Part shown: piece after piece, positions 46,151 through 55,702 of the stretch
Layout of the letters: every line of letters starts with the position of its first letter
Numbering within the stretch: the first letter of the stretch is position 1
Origin: an uncultured Chloroflexia bacterium
Lineage (GTDB): Bacteria; Chloroflexota; Limnocylindria; Limnocylindrales; CSP1-4
Assembly (NCBI GenBank): GCA_963705425.1
Contig: CAVPJO010000015.1
Location: 94-64,093 of the forward strand
Direction: 5' to 3'
Length of the DNA stretch: 64,000 nucleotides
Position numbers and translations under genes: made by a program
Notes under the pieces: generated by a model
Seen by the model: only the letters and a program-made list of their open reading frames with translations
Told to the model about the DNA's origin: nothing
The model's database searches: none

Positions 46151-47584
46151 TCAGCTGTGCGATCTGTCCGTTTCGCTCTTGATCCTTCCGCTCGTGGCTC
46201 GTGCCACGGCTTCGCGGAGCTTGCCGAACTCATCGTCGGCGTCGACGTAGCTGTCGGCCAGGAAGGCCAGTTCGACCTGGTCGTCGACGATGCGCGCCCA
46301 GGCCCGACGACGGGGAAAGTAGAAGGTCAGCACGAGGCCCACGATGAGCAGGCCGAAGGCGAGCCAGATGATGGGCTGGCCGGGGTCGTTCTTGATGACC
46401 ATGCCGCTCCAGCTGCCGACACCGTCCCAGGTGATCGACTGGCCGGCTGTGACCTCGGGGTCGGTGGTCACGCCGACGCGGGATAGTGGCCAGGAACAGT
46501 GTCTCGTTGGCTCCGGTCTCCGGGTCGGCCGGACCGACGCCCTGCATCACCAGCTGTGGTGCCCCGTCGCCGCCCTCGCTGAGCACGGCGACCAGCGCCG
46601 ACCTGCGCCCCGGGGATGGTCATGAAGCCCTGCGGCCGACCCAGCACCTCGTCGTCGAGCAGCAGGGGCCCACGCCAGACCAGGTCGCCGGCCGCGTCAT
46701 GGATGGTCAGCTCGGCCGCGGGCCCGAAGGTGTTCTGGTGGAAGGCGTAGCCATCGACGATAAGCGGGTCGTTGACTCGGATGGTCTTGCGCGCCACCTC
46801 CTCGCCATCGCGGTAGACGGACAGGTCGGTGCTGAAGTCGGCGAAGGAGCCGTCCTCGCGCCGGGGCGCCGCGAAGGCATGGTTCTTGACCAGCAGGTTG
46901 CCCGGCGTGCCCACCGCCTGGACCGGGGCGGTCTGTCCCTCGCCCACGAAGACGACCGTCTCGAAACCGGCCGCCACGGTGACGGCGCCGCCGGCCAGGA
47001 AGAGCACGAGGCCGGCGTGGGTGAGCAGGGTGGCCAGCTTCTGGTACTGGTTGCGGTCGCCGTAGACGTAGCTGGCGCCGTCGGCGTCGGCCGTGCGCTG
47101 GCGGCGGAAATGGCGGCGGCGGAAGGCGTCCTGGACCGCGGAAGCAGCGTCGTCTCCCGCCCCGCCGATGAGCGAGCTCGATGGTCGCGGCCCGCATCGA
47201 AGAAGGCCGCCGGCTGCTCGACCCGGACGTGGCTGACGCTCCGCCACAGGCGTCGGCGTGCGGTCGAGCGTGCAGCAGATGATGCTGATGACGAGCACGG
47301 TCATGAGCACCAGGAACCAGGGCGTCGAGAAGACGCTGAAGAGGCCCAGCCTGTCGAAGACGTCGACCAGGAGCGAGCCCAGCCGGCAAGCCGATCCCAG
47401 GCGCGCATGCATGGTCGCCAGCTCGACTGCGTAGCGCGCCGGGTCGTCGGCAGCCGTGACGGGGAACTGGCGCACCAGCGTGCCCACCAGCCCGGACACC
47501 GCCAGCAGCGTGATGAGCACGACCGCGAAGCGCACGTCGGTCAGCAGCGCGCCAGGCGGCCGCCCCCATCCGTGCCAGCGCCAT
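46151..47584 (-). CDS. resB: Cytochrome c biogenesis protein ResB/Ccs1; at least 4 frame interruptions
   Basis: N-terminal membrane anchor LTDVRFAVVLITLLAVSGLVGTLVRQFP. Middle pieces YQKLATLLTHAGLVLFLAGG and AFHQNTFGP. C-terminus KNDPGQPIIWLAFGLLIVGLVLTFYFPRRRAWARI. Pieces lie in frames 46468, 46697 and 46151. Confidence 0.82.
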
Positions 47585-47587
47585 GGC

Positions 47588-48811
47588 TCAGGCGCTGACG
47601 CCCGCCTCCACCTGGCTGCCGTCAAGGCGCCTGGTCCACGTCGGCGAGCAGGTCGTCGACGTCCTCGAGGCCGACGGAGATGCGCACCAGTCCCGGAGGG
47701 ATGCCGGTGGCTGCGAGCTGCTCGCTCGCTCAAGCTGGCGATGCGTGGCCGTGGGCGGGTGGACGGCGTAGGTCACGACGCTGCCCAGCGTGGCCGTGAC
47801 CGGCGGGATGCTGCAGGCGCGTCGATGAAGCGCGGCTGCCGCGTCCGGCGAGCCCAGGTCGACCGCCAGCATGCCGCCGCCCAGCGCGCAGCTGCCGCGC
47901 GGCGACCTCCGCCTGGGGGTGGCTGGGCAGGCCCGGATAGGCCACGCGCGCCACGCCGGGGGCGCCTTCGAGCAGCCCGGCCAGGGCCAGGGCAGACTGG
48001 CTGTGTCGGTCCATGCGCACGTGCAGCGTCTGCAGGCCGCGCAGCACCAGGAAGGCGCTGAAGGGCGCGACGATGCCGCCGGTGTCGATGCCCACGTCGC
48101 GAACACGCCTCGATGTAGTCCGCTCGTGCCCGCCACCGCGCCGGCGATGACGTCCGAGTGACCGCTCAGCCACTTGGTGGCCGATTCGACGACGACATCG
48201 ACGCCCAGCTCGAGCGGTCGGCAGAGGTACGGCGAGGCGAACGTGTTGTCGACCACTACGACTGCGCCGTGCCCATGGCCGAGCTCGGCGAGACGCTCGA
48301 GGTCGGCCACCACGATGGTCGGGTTGGAGATGGTCTCCGCGTAGAGGAGACGCGTTGGAGCGGCGGCCAGCGCGCGCTCGACGGCCTCGAGGTCGGTGGG
48401 GTCGACGGAGACCGTCTCCACGCCGAGCGGCGCGAGCACACGCTCCATGAGTGCGCGGGTGCTGCCGTAGACGGCCTGGGTGCAGACGATGCGGTCGCCG
48501 GCCTTGAGCAGCGACAGCAGCGCGGCGTGGATGGCGCCCATGCCCGAACCGAAGGCGAAACCGGCCTCAGCACCGTGCATCTCGGCGAATGCGGAAGCCA
48601 GCGCGGTCGCGGTGGGGTTCTCGATGCGCGAGTAGGTGTAGCCGGCCTTCTCGAAACCGATCAGCTGGGCATAGTCGCCCACATCCTGGGCGTGGAAGGT
48701 GGCCGACTGGTAGATGGGTACCGCTGCGGGGCCCTGTTCGACCGGTGGCACCCGGGTGGCGGCCTTGATCGCGCGAGTGCCGAAGCCGCGCTGCTGCTCG
48801 TGCTGGGACAT
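47588..48811 (-). CDS. Cys/Met-metabolism PLP-dependent enzyme (O-acetylhomoserine sulfhydrylase / cystathionine gamma-synthase family); about 4 frame interruptions in the C-terminal third
   Basis: PIYQSATF, YSRIENPT, SGMGAIHAALLSLL, DNTFASPY and SATKWLSGHSD (PLP-Lys region). C-terminal pieces FSAFLVLRGLQTLHVRM lie in ORF 47730. Confidence 0.85.
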   Translation of the reverse strand: MSQHEQQRGFGTRAIKAATRVPPVEQGPAAVPIYQSATFHAQDVGDYAQLIGFEKAGYTYSRIENPTATALASAFAEMHGAEAGFAFGSGMGAIHAALLSLLKAGDRIVCTQAVYGSTRALMERVLAPLGVETVSVDPTDLEAVERALAAAPTRLLYAETISNPTIVVADLERLAELGHGHGAVVVVDNTFASPYLCRPLELGVDVVVESATKWLSGHSDVIAGAVAGTSGLHRGVFATWASTPAASSRPSAPSWCCAACRRCTCAWTDTASLPWPWPGCSKAPPAWRAWPIRACPATPRRRSPRGSCALGGGMLAVDLGSPDAAAALHRRACSIPPVTATLGSVVTYAVHPPTATHRQLERASSSQPPASLRDWCASPSASRTSTTCSPTWTRRLDGSQVEAGVSA

Positions 48812-48845
48812 GCGCTGACTCTACACGGCGCGGTCGCCGTGCCTC

Positions 48846-50702
48846 CTATCGTGCGGGTGGCTCGGGCGGATCGTCGGGCTCGATGGGCAGCGCGATCCAG
48901 GGCTGGTCGTCTCCACCGCTGATCTCGTCCGAACGGCTGCCGGAGCCGGGGCTCGACCGTGGATCGCTCGCCGGGCGCGGTGTCGGAGCATCGTCGGGCC
49001 GGGTCGGGCGCGGTGTCGGGACATCGTCGGGCCGGGTCGGGCGTGCCTCGGGCGAGCGTGACGGGGCGTCGTCGGTACGAGTCAGCCAGGCCTGGTCGGG
49101 AGCCTCGACGGCCGTCCGAGCGCGCGACGGTGGCTCGGGTGGCTCCTCGACGGATCGGTTGTCGGGCGCGGGACGCGGCCCAGACGCGGGACGCGGCCCA
49201 GAAGAGCGCGGCATCGCCGGCTCCGCTGCCCAGGGCACGGCGGCCCCCTCATCAGGTTCGACAGGGATGGTCGCCGACCCTCGTTGCCGTCCCATCGGTG
49301 AGCGCGCCGGCACCTCGGCCGTGAGCTCGTCCTCGTCGGCGCCGGCACGACCTTCCGGTGTGAACGCGCCCCACGGGACCGGGTCACCACCGGTCCGCAC
49401 GTCATCGGCCGGGGTGAGCTGCACCAGCTCGCCGCTGCCGCCGTCGATGTCGGTGGCCACGCGTCCGGTTCCCGTCTGGTAACCCACGATGCGGTTCTTG
49501 CCGCGTCGCTTGGCTTCGTACATGGCCACGTCGGCCGCGGCCACCAGCTGCTCGATGGTGCTGCCATCGGCGGGGTAGTTGACGAGGCCGACCGATGCCG
49601 AGGAGCGCACGTTACGGTCGGCCGCGAACAAGGTCAACGCATAGATGTCACGGCGCAGCTTCTCAGCCACCACGTAGCCACCGGCCACATCGGTCTCCGG
49701 GAGCAGCACCACGAACTCGTCGCCGCCGTAACGTGCGGCGGCGTCAGTGAAGCGGATCGTGCGCCGGATGGTGTCGGCAACGCCCTTGAGCAAGCGGTCG
49801 CCCCACTGGTGTCCGAAGGTGTCGTTGACCGGCTTGAGGTCGTCGAGGTCGAGCATCAGCATGGTGAAGCCACGGCCCATGCGGTCGGAACGCCGCATCT
49901 CCTGCTCCATGGTCGTGAAGAAGAAGGAGCGGTTGTAGAGACCGGTCAGGGCATCGAAGCGCGAGGCGCGCAAGGCCTCGTCACGAGCGTGGCGCTGAGA
50001 ACGCGCGGCGGCGGTGGCGATGTCCGCCAGGAGGATGAGCGCAACGGCGTTGATGCCGACCCAGGCCAGCGCCTCCGGGGCCAGCGGATCATCGATAGCG
50101 TCGAGGAGCCCGACCATGGCGATGGAACCGGCGCCGAACAGCGCCACGGCCAGCGGTGCGCGGCCTTCGGTCGAAAGCGCGGTGCCGGCCACGACCAAGT
50201 AGAAACCGACCACGAAGGGGCTGCCCGCTCCGCTGGTGAGGGTCATGAGCAAGCCCAGGAAGATGATGGCGCCGATGCCCTCCATGGGGCGGCGGTAGCG
50301 GCCCAGCGCAGCCGGCGGGACCATGTCCATGAACAGGACGACCAGCAGCATGCCCGCCGAGAGCAGCGTGAAGATGGCCGGCTCGCGGTCTGGCCAGGCT
50401 CGCGTGAGGGCCACGATGACAGCCACCGAGGCCAGGAACAGGAAAGCGACGACGCGCGCGACCTGGCGTGTGCTGCCGGGCGAGATGAACGAGGTGCTGG
50501 TGCGCGCCGCGCCCGAGTTGGACGGAGCCGGAACCTCCGCCGGGTCGTCCTCGCGGTCGCGCAGCCCCGGAGGGGATTGGTCAGCCGCGGGCCGGCCCGA
50601 AGCGCCTCGTGCCACGTGCGCGGTCGCATAGGCCACGGTCACAGCCACCGCGGCGATGACGATGAGCCCAACGGCTAGGAGGATGATCTGATCTGCGGAC
50701 AC
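48846..50702 (-). CDS. Membrane-anchored diguanylate cyclase (GGDEF) with a long Pro-rich C-terminal tail
   Basis: Uninterrupted 618 aa: about 6 N-terminal hydrophobic segments, then DALTGLYNRSFF, LDLDDLKPVNDTFGH and RYGGDEFVVLL. The last about 230 aa are Pro/Arg/Asp-rich low complexity. Confidence 0.88.
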   Translation of the reverse strand: MSADQIILLAVGLIVIAAVAVTVAYATAHVARGASGRPAADQSPPGLRDREDDPAEVPAPSNSGAARTSTSFISPGSTRQVARVVAFLFLASVAVIVALTRAWPDREPAIFTLLSAGMLLVVLFMDMVPPAALGRYRRPMEGIGAIIFLGLLMTLTSGAGSPFVVGFYLVVAGTALSTEGRAPLAVALFGAGSIAMVGLLDAIDDPLAPEALAWVGINAVALILLADIATAAARSQRHARDEALRASRFDALTGLYNRSFFFTTMEQEMRRSDRMGRGFTMLMLDLDDLKPVNDTFGHQWGDRLLKGVADTIRRTIRFTDAAARYGGDEFVVLLPETDVAGGYVVAEKLRRDIYALTLFAADRNVRSSASVGLVNYPADGSTIEQLVAAADVAMYEAKRRGKNRIVGYQTGTGRVATDIDGGSGELVQLTPADDVRTGGDPVPWGAFTPEGRAGADEDELTAEVPARSPMGRQRGSATIPVEPDEGAAVPWAAEPAMPRSSGPRPASGPRPAPDNRSVEEPPEPPSRARTAVEAPDQAWLTRTDDAPSRSPEARPTRPDDVPTPRPTRPDDAPTPRPASDPRSSPGSGSRSDEISGGDDQPWIALPIEPDDPPEPPAR

Positions 50703-50868
50703 GCATTACCCCGATACCCGCGCTCGCGGGCATGGTCGTGGTGAGGCTGGCTGGGCCACCACAAGTACTCCCTTCACGCTGGCCAAATGGTACTTCCCAA
50801 CCCGAGTCCCCCCAACCCACGGTGGCTGCTAGTGTGGACAACTGGCAACGTCACGCGATGAGGGAGTC

Positions 50869-51129
50869 ATGAGCGAACACGCCAAGTCCGAACAGGCCTG
50901 TCCGGTTTGCGGGCAGCACACGCTGGCACTCGACCGACCACCGGAGATCGACGTCATGGGCGTGCAGGCCTACAGCGACATGCTCGGCATGGGCGACCTC
51001 CACAACGAGGGCGCCATGGCCATCGTGTGTCTCAATTGCCAGACGCTGTGGAAGGACAAGGATGCCTTCGACCGCGGCGAGCCCGAGCCTGAGGTCGCCT
51101 CAGATGGGAGTGACGACTCCGGGGAGTGA
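50869..51129 (+). CDS. Small zinc-ribbon protein
   Basis: 86 aa with two CxxC pairs (CPVCGQH, CLNCQT) and an acidic tail. Its last codons and stop lie inside the 16-nt tandem repeat. Confidence 0.55.
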   Translation: MSEHAKSEQACPVCGQHTLALDRPPEIDVMGVQAYSDMLGMGDLHNEGAMAIVCLNCQTLWKDKDAFDRGEPEPEVASDGSDDSGE

Positions 51130-51180
51130 CGACTCCGGGGAGTGACGACTCCGGGGAGTGACGACTCCGGGGAGTGACGA
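51106..51180. repeat. 16-nt tandem repeat, 4.7 copies, each unit a small hairpin
   Basis: GGGAGTGACGACTCCG at 51106, 51122, 51138 and 51154, with a partial copy at 51170. Each unit contains GGAGT-GACG-ACTCC. It is followed by 2 copies of the 15-nt unit TGTTCCGTGTGAC (51181-51209). Confidence 0.95.
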
Positions 51181-51340
51181 TGTTCCGTGTGACCGTGTTC
51201 CGTGTGACGCGTCGCGATCGGCCCTCGCCGGTTTGCCGTTGGCCCTCCCCCGTTCGGCCTTGGCCGTTCCCGTTTGCCGTTGAACGGGCGAATGCGACCA
51301 GCGAAGCACTGATCTCGAGCGAACGGCCGGCCGTCTGCGC

Positions 51341-51445
51341 GATGCTTCCCGTCCAGCGGGAAGAACGGTCATCAATCGCCGTCGAGCGGCAAGAACCTGC
51401 TGCTTGGGCCGCAGGCACGTCGTACTGTCCCGCCGGGCGGCAATG
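51341..51445. repeat. Intergenic repeat element, copy R2 (related to 45881-46004)
   Basis: See R1. It carries the same ordered conserved blocks and lies between convergent genes. Confidence 0.7.
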
Positions 51446-51453
51446 ACCAGTCC

Positions 51454-51807
51454 CTACAGCCCCCGCTGGCCCCAGTAGAACATCAGGGCGATGCTGATGA
51501 GCACGGCCAGCCCGAACATGAGGGCCAGGAGCCAGCTCACGGCGAAGCCCATGGCCAGCGCGCCGATGAAGAAGATGCCTAGCTCCAACGCCAGGCGGGC
51601 CGGATCGGGCAGGCGCCGCGCGGCCTTGGGTGCGACGAAGAGGCCCCACACCGCGATCACGACGGCCACGGCCACGATGCCGAGCACCAGCCCGATGACG
51701 AACTCCCCTGACAGGGACATGCCCCACAGGAGCATGGCCACCAGCACGAGTATCTCGAGGATGAAGCGAAAGGCCATGTTCAGGTTGCGCATCGACCGCT
51801 CATTCAT
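51454..51807 (-). CDS. Small membrane protein (YrdB/DUF2568-like)
   Basis: FRFILEILVLVAMLLWG..., four hydrophobic segments. The start is uncertain (Met codons at 51807, 51792 and 51777). The upstream part of ORF 51454-51960 looks non-coding. Confidence 0.6.
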   Translation of the reverse strand: MNERSMRNLNMAFRFILEILVLVAMLLWGMSLSGEFVIGLVLGIVAVAVVIAVWGLFVAPKAARRLPDPARLALELGIFFIGALAMGFAVSWLLALMFGLAVLISIALMFYWGQRGL

Positions 51808-52303
51808 GGACCTGGGCCCTCCGTATCGCCTCCGCCGTTCGGTGCGCGTCTTCCCGCCCCTCGATCGAGCGCGCTTCGGCCTCCAGTTTGAGCAGTCGGA
51901 CCTCGGCATCGAGATCGCCTTGCAGGCGCTCGCTGAGTCGACCCTTGAAGAGGTGTGCACTGAGGCCGTACATCGCGGCCTCGACAGTCACGTGGACGCC
52001 CGTCGGCGCTGGGTGGATACGCCATCTCTGGCGCTGGCCCACCGCCAGTACCCGGCCCTTCCAGGCCAGCGTGTATGGGGCGTCGACCACGGTGAGTCGA
52101 CCGCTCAGTCGGCCGAACGGCGTGGCGAATCGGAACTTCGCGCCGATCTCGAGCTCTGACTCGAAGACCGCCTCGCGCACCGCGGGGTTCCATGTCGGCC
52201 ACGAAGCGATGTCGGCGATGACCGTCCAGACCTCACGCTCGGTGGCGGCGATGGAGATCTGCGCGCTGGCGCTCAGGGGTGCTGGCGACCGGGTGGGCTT
52301 CAC
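51800..52303 (-). CDS. SRPBCC-fold (polyketide cyclase/CoxG-like) protein
   Basis: Uninterrupted 167 aa with VWTVIADIASWPTWNP, typical of the SRPBCC/START-like family. Confidence 0.65.
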   Translation of the reverse strand: MKPTRSPAPLSASAQISIAATEREVWTVIADIASWPTWNPAVREAVFESELEIGAKFRFATPFGRLSGRLTVVDAPYTLAWKGRVLAVGQRQRWRIHPAPTGVHVTVEAAMYGLSAHLFKGRLSERLQGDLDAEVRLLKLEAEARSIEGREDAHRTAEAIRRAQVHE

Positions 52304-52309
52304 GACTGG

Positions 52310-53010
52310 ATGCTACCGCGCGCGGGGTGGGTCGCTGGACTTGACGATGGCGACGCCGTCCTCGACCTGGACCGAACCATGGGCCGCCAGCCCGGCGTGC
52401 CCTCCGCAGCCTCGGCACCTGTGCTCAGACCTGGAGAGGAGTTGTATCCCCATCCCGATGGTGACGACACGACTCGTGCGCTCGATCCGTACTGGTGGAT
52501 GGACCCACTGCAGGCCGCAGGTGCGGTCGACCTCATCGCCGATCGCATGCAGGCGGTGTGCGATGGTCGCTGGGCGACACGTGCGATCGAGGTCGAGTGG
52601 AGCCTCTATGTACTTGATGACCGGATGCGGGACCTGCTGCTTCGCTGTCAACGCGGACAGCGCCGCCTGGTTGCGAACGAGGCCGGCCTCGGGTACCTAG
52701 CAGAGCGGTACGACTTCATCGTCACACTCGCCGATCAGGAGCCCCTCGAGACGTTCGGCCCCTGGTCGGTCACAGAGAGGCCCAGTGGACCGAACGACCT
52801 CCCCGTGGCGGCGTCAGCTGGATTCCCGGGACGGAGCCGACACTCGGCAACGATGGTGCGATGAGCGCCTCATGGCTGGTCCCTGATGTCGGTACGGACT
52901 AAGTAACGCTGTTCGTGGACTCGTTGGGTGCGCCTGGATCGGGAGCCGAGACCTACCAAGCCATGATGCTTGCGAACGCCGAGCGCATCGCCCAGGCCGC
53001 GCCAGGGTCG
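52310..53010 (+). pseudogene. Remnant of a metal ABC substrate-binding protein (ZnuA/TroA family), N-terminally truncated and frame-interrupted
   Basis: DPYWWMDP (family motif DPHxWLxP), NEAGLGYLAERYDF and, in another frame, TLFVDSLGAPGSGAETYQAMMLANAERIAQA (family C-terminal pattern). No signal peptide or N-terminal lobe is present. Confidence 0.5.
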
Positions 53011-53190
53011 CTCATCGAGCGGGCACGGGCACACGGGGGCGTGTCGCCCAGGATGGACGGGGCCCTGATTCGTTGGGCGGCAGGCCTGCCGCTGCGAGCA
53101 GGGATCGAGCGGCCGCAACGGACGATGACAGTCCTGCATGAGCGGAGACTCACACCCAGACCGCGGGCGTGTAACCACCAACAAGGGAGG

Positions 53191-53265
53191 TGGTCGGGGT
53201 GGCGGGGATCGAACCCGCGACCTCATGCTCCCAAAGCATGTGCGCTACCTCTGCGCTACACCCCG
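53191..53265 (-). tRNA. tRNA-Pro (anticodon UGG), CCA encoded
   Basis: Reverse complement: acceptor CGGGGTG/CACCCCG, D arm GCGC-AGAGGTA-GCGC, anticodon stem CATGC/GCATG with loop TTTGGGA, variable AGGTC, T arm GCGGG-TTCGATC-CCCGC, then ACCA. Length 75 nt. Confidence 0.92.
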
Positions 53266-53335
53266 ACGAGTTCGTGCGTGACTAGGGTACACAGGGCTGC
53301 CTTGGAGCGGTAGCCAGAGGGCCTACAGCGCTTTG
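53227..53335 (-). repeat. Native copy (A) of the repeated segment: tRNA-Pro 5' half plus about 70 nt upstream region
   Basis: This segment recurs in copies B, C, E and D. The identity starts at GCTCCCAAAGCATG (anticodon loop) and runs through GAGTTCGTGCGTGACTAGGGTACACAG to GGCCTACAGCGCT. Confidence 0.85.
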
Positions 53336-53348
53336 ACTGCCGGTCGGT

Positions 53349-54638
53349 CTAGCGCTTGATGCCCTTGCTGATGCAGCCGAGACGGTGGGACTCCACGGTG
53401 ACGTCCACGAAGCCGGCCGCTTCCATCTGCCCCCGGCGATCGTCCGCCAGGACCGCCCGGCCACCACGCCGCAGGACGCGGTACATCTCCCCGATCGCGG
53501 CCTGGGCCTTGTCGTCGTAGCAGCCGATGTCGTTGCTGGTGACAACGCTGAACGTGTCGTCGGCCCACGGTAGCTCGGTCACATCGCCGACCTTGAACTC
53601 CGCCGTCCCGGCCCCGACACGTTCCTCGCTCTCCTGGCGGGCGATGTCGATGAATGTCGCCGAGTGGTCGACGCCCGCGATGAGGCGCGCGCCGGCACAA
53701 CGCGTGCGCAGGAACGTGCCGCTGCCACAAGCTACGTCGAGCACGTTGTCATCGGGACCGACGCCCAGCGCTTCCGCGAAGCCGTCGTAGAGCCACCACA
53801 CGAGCCGTGGGTAGACCCGTGCCCAGAGATACGCCCAGCGACCCTCCAGGCGCATGCCGCTATCGTTGAAGCGGGCCTCGACGCGGCCCCATCCGAGGGC
53901 AGCTCCGACCAGGGCCGGGACCGACAGGGCGGCCGTCGCGACCGCCGGGCCCAGGCGGCGCCGGGCCAGCCAGGTGAGGGCCCCCATCAAGCCAGCCCAC
54001 GGCCAGACCCAGACCAGGTCGGCCTTCATCGGCGGGGGACCAGCCTCGTCGACGGGGTCGAAGCGGACGAAGCAGAAGCGATCGATGTTGGCCGCGAAGT
54101 CCTCGGCTGTCTCGCCGAGTCCCTCGGCCCGCAGCATCCATCGCAGCATGGTCCCGGTGGCGCCCGGCGTCCGCTGGTAGAGCATGACCGCCTCGTCACG
54201 CTCGGTGACGCGAGTGGACCGGGCGGTCCACGTCTTGTCGCGCCGCTGCAGCGTGACGATGGGGTCGACCGAGAGGTTGCCATACCAGTGTGCCCGGTCG
54301 CCGAACGGGTTCACCACGTACAGGCGATCGTCGATGAACATGGCACTGACGACGACATGGCGCGGCAGACCGCTCGTGCGACCGATCGTGGTCAGGACCA
54401 TGTCGTTGTCGAATCGTCCGTAGCCCAGTCTGAAATCCGGTCGTCACGAGCTTGTGCTGGGTGCGAGCGAGGACGTTGTGTGGGTGCTCGTTGCCCCATG
54501 TCACGAAACGCATGAGCAACCGCTCGAGCCGCGATCTTCGGCCTTAGGCGCAACTCCCTGCTTCGCGGCGCTCCGGTCGTCTACACGCTGGGCGACAGCG
54601 GCGAACGGGATGTCCCGCTCGGCGGCCACGGTTGCCAT
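53349..54638 (-). CDS. Fusion protein: DUF385 (deazaflavin-dependent nitroreductase-like) domain + membrane segments + class I SAM methyltransferase; about 2 N-terminal frame interruptions
   Basis: ORF 53349-54401 has VLTTIGRTSGLPRHVVV..NPFGDRAHWYGNLSVDPIVTLQ (DUF385 pattern), hydrophobic LVWVWPWAGLMGALTWL..ALSVPALVGAALGW, and the MT motifs VLDVACGSGTFL and YRVLRRGGRAVL. An upstream extension (LMRFVTWGNEHPHNV and MATVAAERD with GAGGGGG before the ATG at 54638) lies in other frames. Confidence 0.7.
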
Positions 54639-54765
54639 GTCATGCCCCCTCGCCGCGTATCGCGGCGCTGCTAGCGTTCCGGCATTGCGGTCGCTTCGAT
54701 TCTATGAGCGAGGGGAACCGTCGAGCCGGACGGCCCGCCGAGACGACGGAAGTGTCGACGTTCTG

Positions 54766-54972
54766 CACTCGCGAACCGCACAACAATCGAGGCCTTCACC
54801 GCTCACGCCGTCGTGCGTGGGACCCGGGGGCCTTCGCCGCAAACCCCTCGTGGGCTCCCGAAGCATGTGCGCTACCGCTGCGCTACACCCCGACGATGTT
54901 CGTGCGTGAATAGGGTACACAGCGCGCGTCTCGGGCGGTAGCGGAGTGGCCTACAGCGCTCGAAATCGCACG
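54766..54972 (-). repeat. tRNA-Pro-half repeat unit, copy B
   Basis: A non-tRNA arm (CACTCGCGAACCGCACAACAATCGAGGCCTTCACCGCTC...) is followed by tRNA nt 1-40 (54854-54892; anticodon-loop reads UUCGGGA = CGG) and then an upstream-region homolog ending GCCTACAGCGCTCGAAATCGCACG. Confidence 0.85.
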
Positions 54973-55025
54973 ACGAGTCATCAGGGCGCCGGTGACGCCT
55001 TGACCTCCGGCCAGCCAGCCAGGCC

Positions 55026-55702
55026 CTAGGGCGATGGCGGACCGGCCTGCTCCTTGGTGGCGTGCACCAGCCTGGACTTGTACGCCACCGGCAAGACCGA
55101 GAGAGCGACGTCTACGAAGCCAGCCTTCTCCACGAGGCGCTGCGCGTCGGCATCGCTCCAGTTCCAGACGCCCCAGGCGTTTCGCGCGGCTGATTGGTCC
55201 GTCGCGCCCCAGCCGGCCTTGGCGTACTCGCCCAAGGTGAAGACGGCCCGTCCGCCGGGGCGAAGGACGCGATACATCCCCCGCAGCGTGCCCTCGGGGT
55301 CGCCGATGTGCTTGAGCGCTTCGAGCGAGGTGACGACGCTGAAGCGGCCGTCCTCCCAGGGCAGGTCCGCCGATCACCGAGGACGATCTCGGCCGTGCCT
55401 GCAGCGATGCGCTCGGACAAACGCTCGCGCGCAGCGCCGACCTGGTCTCCGAGATGTCGAGGCCGGCCACGTAGCGGACGTGCGCGCGTGCTCCGCGAGG
55501 AGCCTGCCCGACCCGCAGCCGATGTCGAGGAGCTCGTCGTCGGGCCGGAGGGGAAGCTCGGCCGCCATGGCTCGTGTGTATTGCTTCATGGCCGACCCCA
55601 TCACGCGGGCGCCGACCCACCCGACAGCGCCGCGCGGCTCCCCGAACAAGCGGCTCCAGAGCTCTCTGCGATAGCCGACCGATCGTCCGCCCGTCGGGCC
55701 AT
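55026..55702 (-). CDS. Class I SAM-dependent methyltransferase; at least 3 frame interruptions, 5' boundary approximate
   Basis: LWSRLFGEPRGAVGWVGARVM, LLDIGCGSGRLL, RYVAGLDISE, AAGTAEIVLGD, DLPWEDGRFSVV and MYRVLRPGGRAVFTLG, ending VLPVAYKSRLVHATKEQAGPPSP. Pieces lie in frames 55374, 55112, 54883 and 55026. Confidence 0.75.

Noticed and set aside
44155-47584. Calling glnA, resB (and ppc) true pseudogenes.
   Set aside because: They are core functions with fully recognisable motifs and only indel-type breaks. Without read-level evidence, the artefact explanation is at least as likely, so they are reported as CDS with interruptions.
51106-51209. Possible CRISPR array (also considered for 46026-46094 and 1914-2049).
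   Set aside because: The repeats are directly contiguous with no unique spacers, the units are only 15-36 nt, and no cas genes are nearby. These are tandem repeats or iterons.
52915-53313. A 132-aa plus-strand ORF running through the tRNA-Pro(UGG) gene.
   Set aside because: Only its first about 30 codons look like real protein (the ZnuA/TroA C-terminal remnant). The rest is read-through across the tRNA on the opposite strand.
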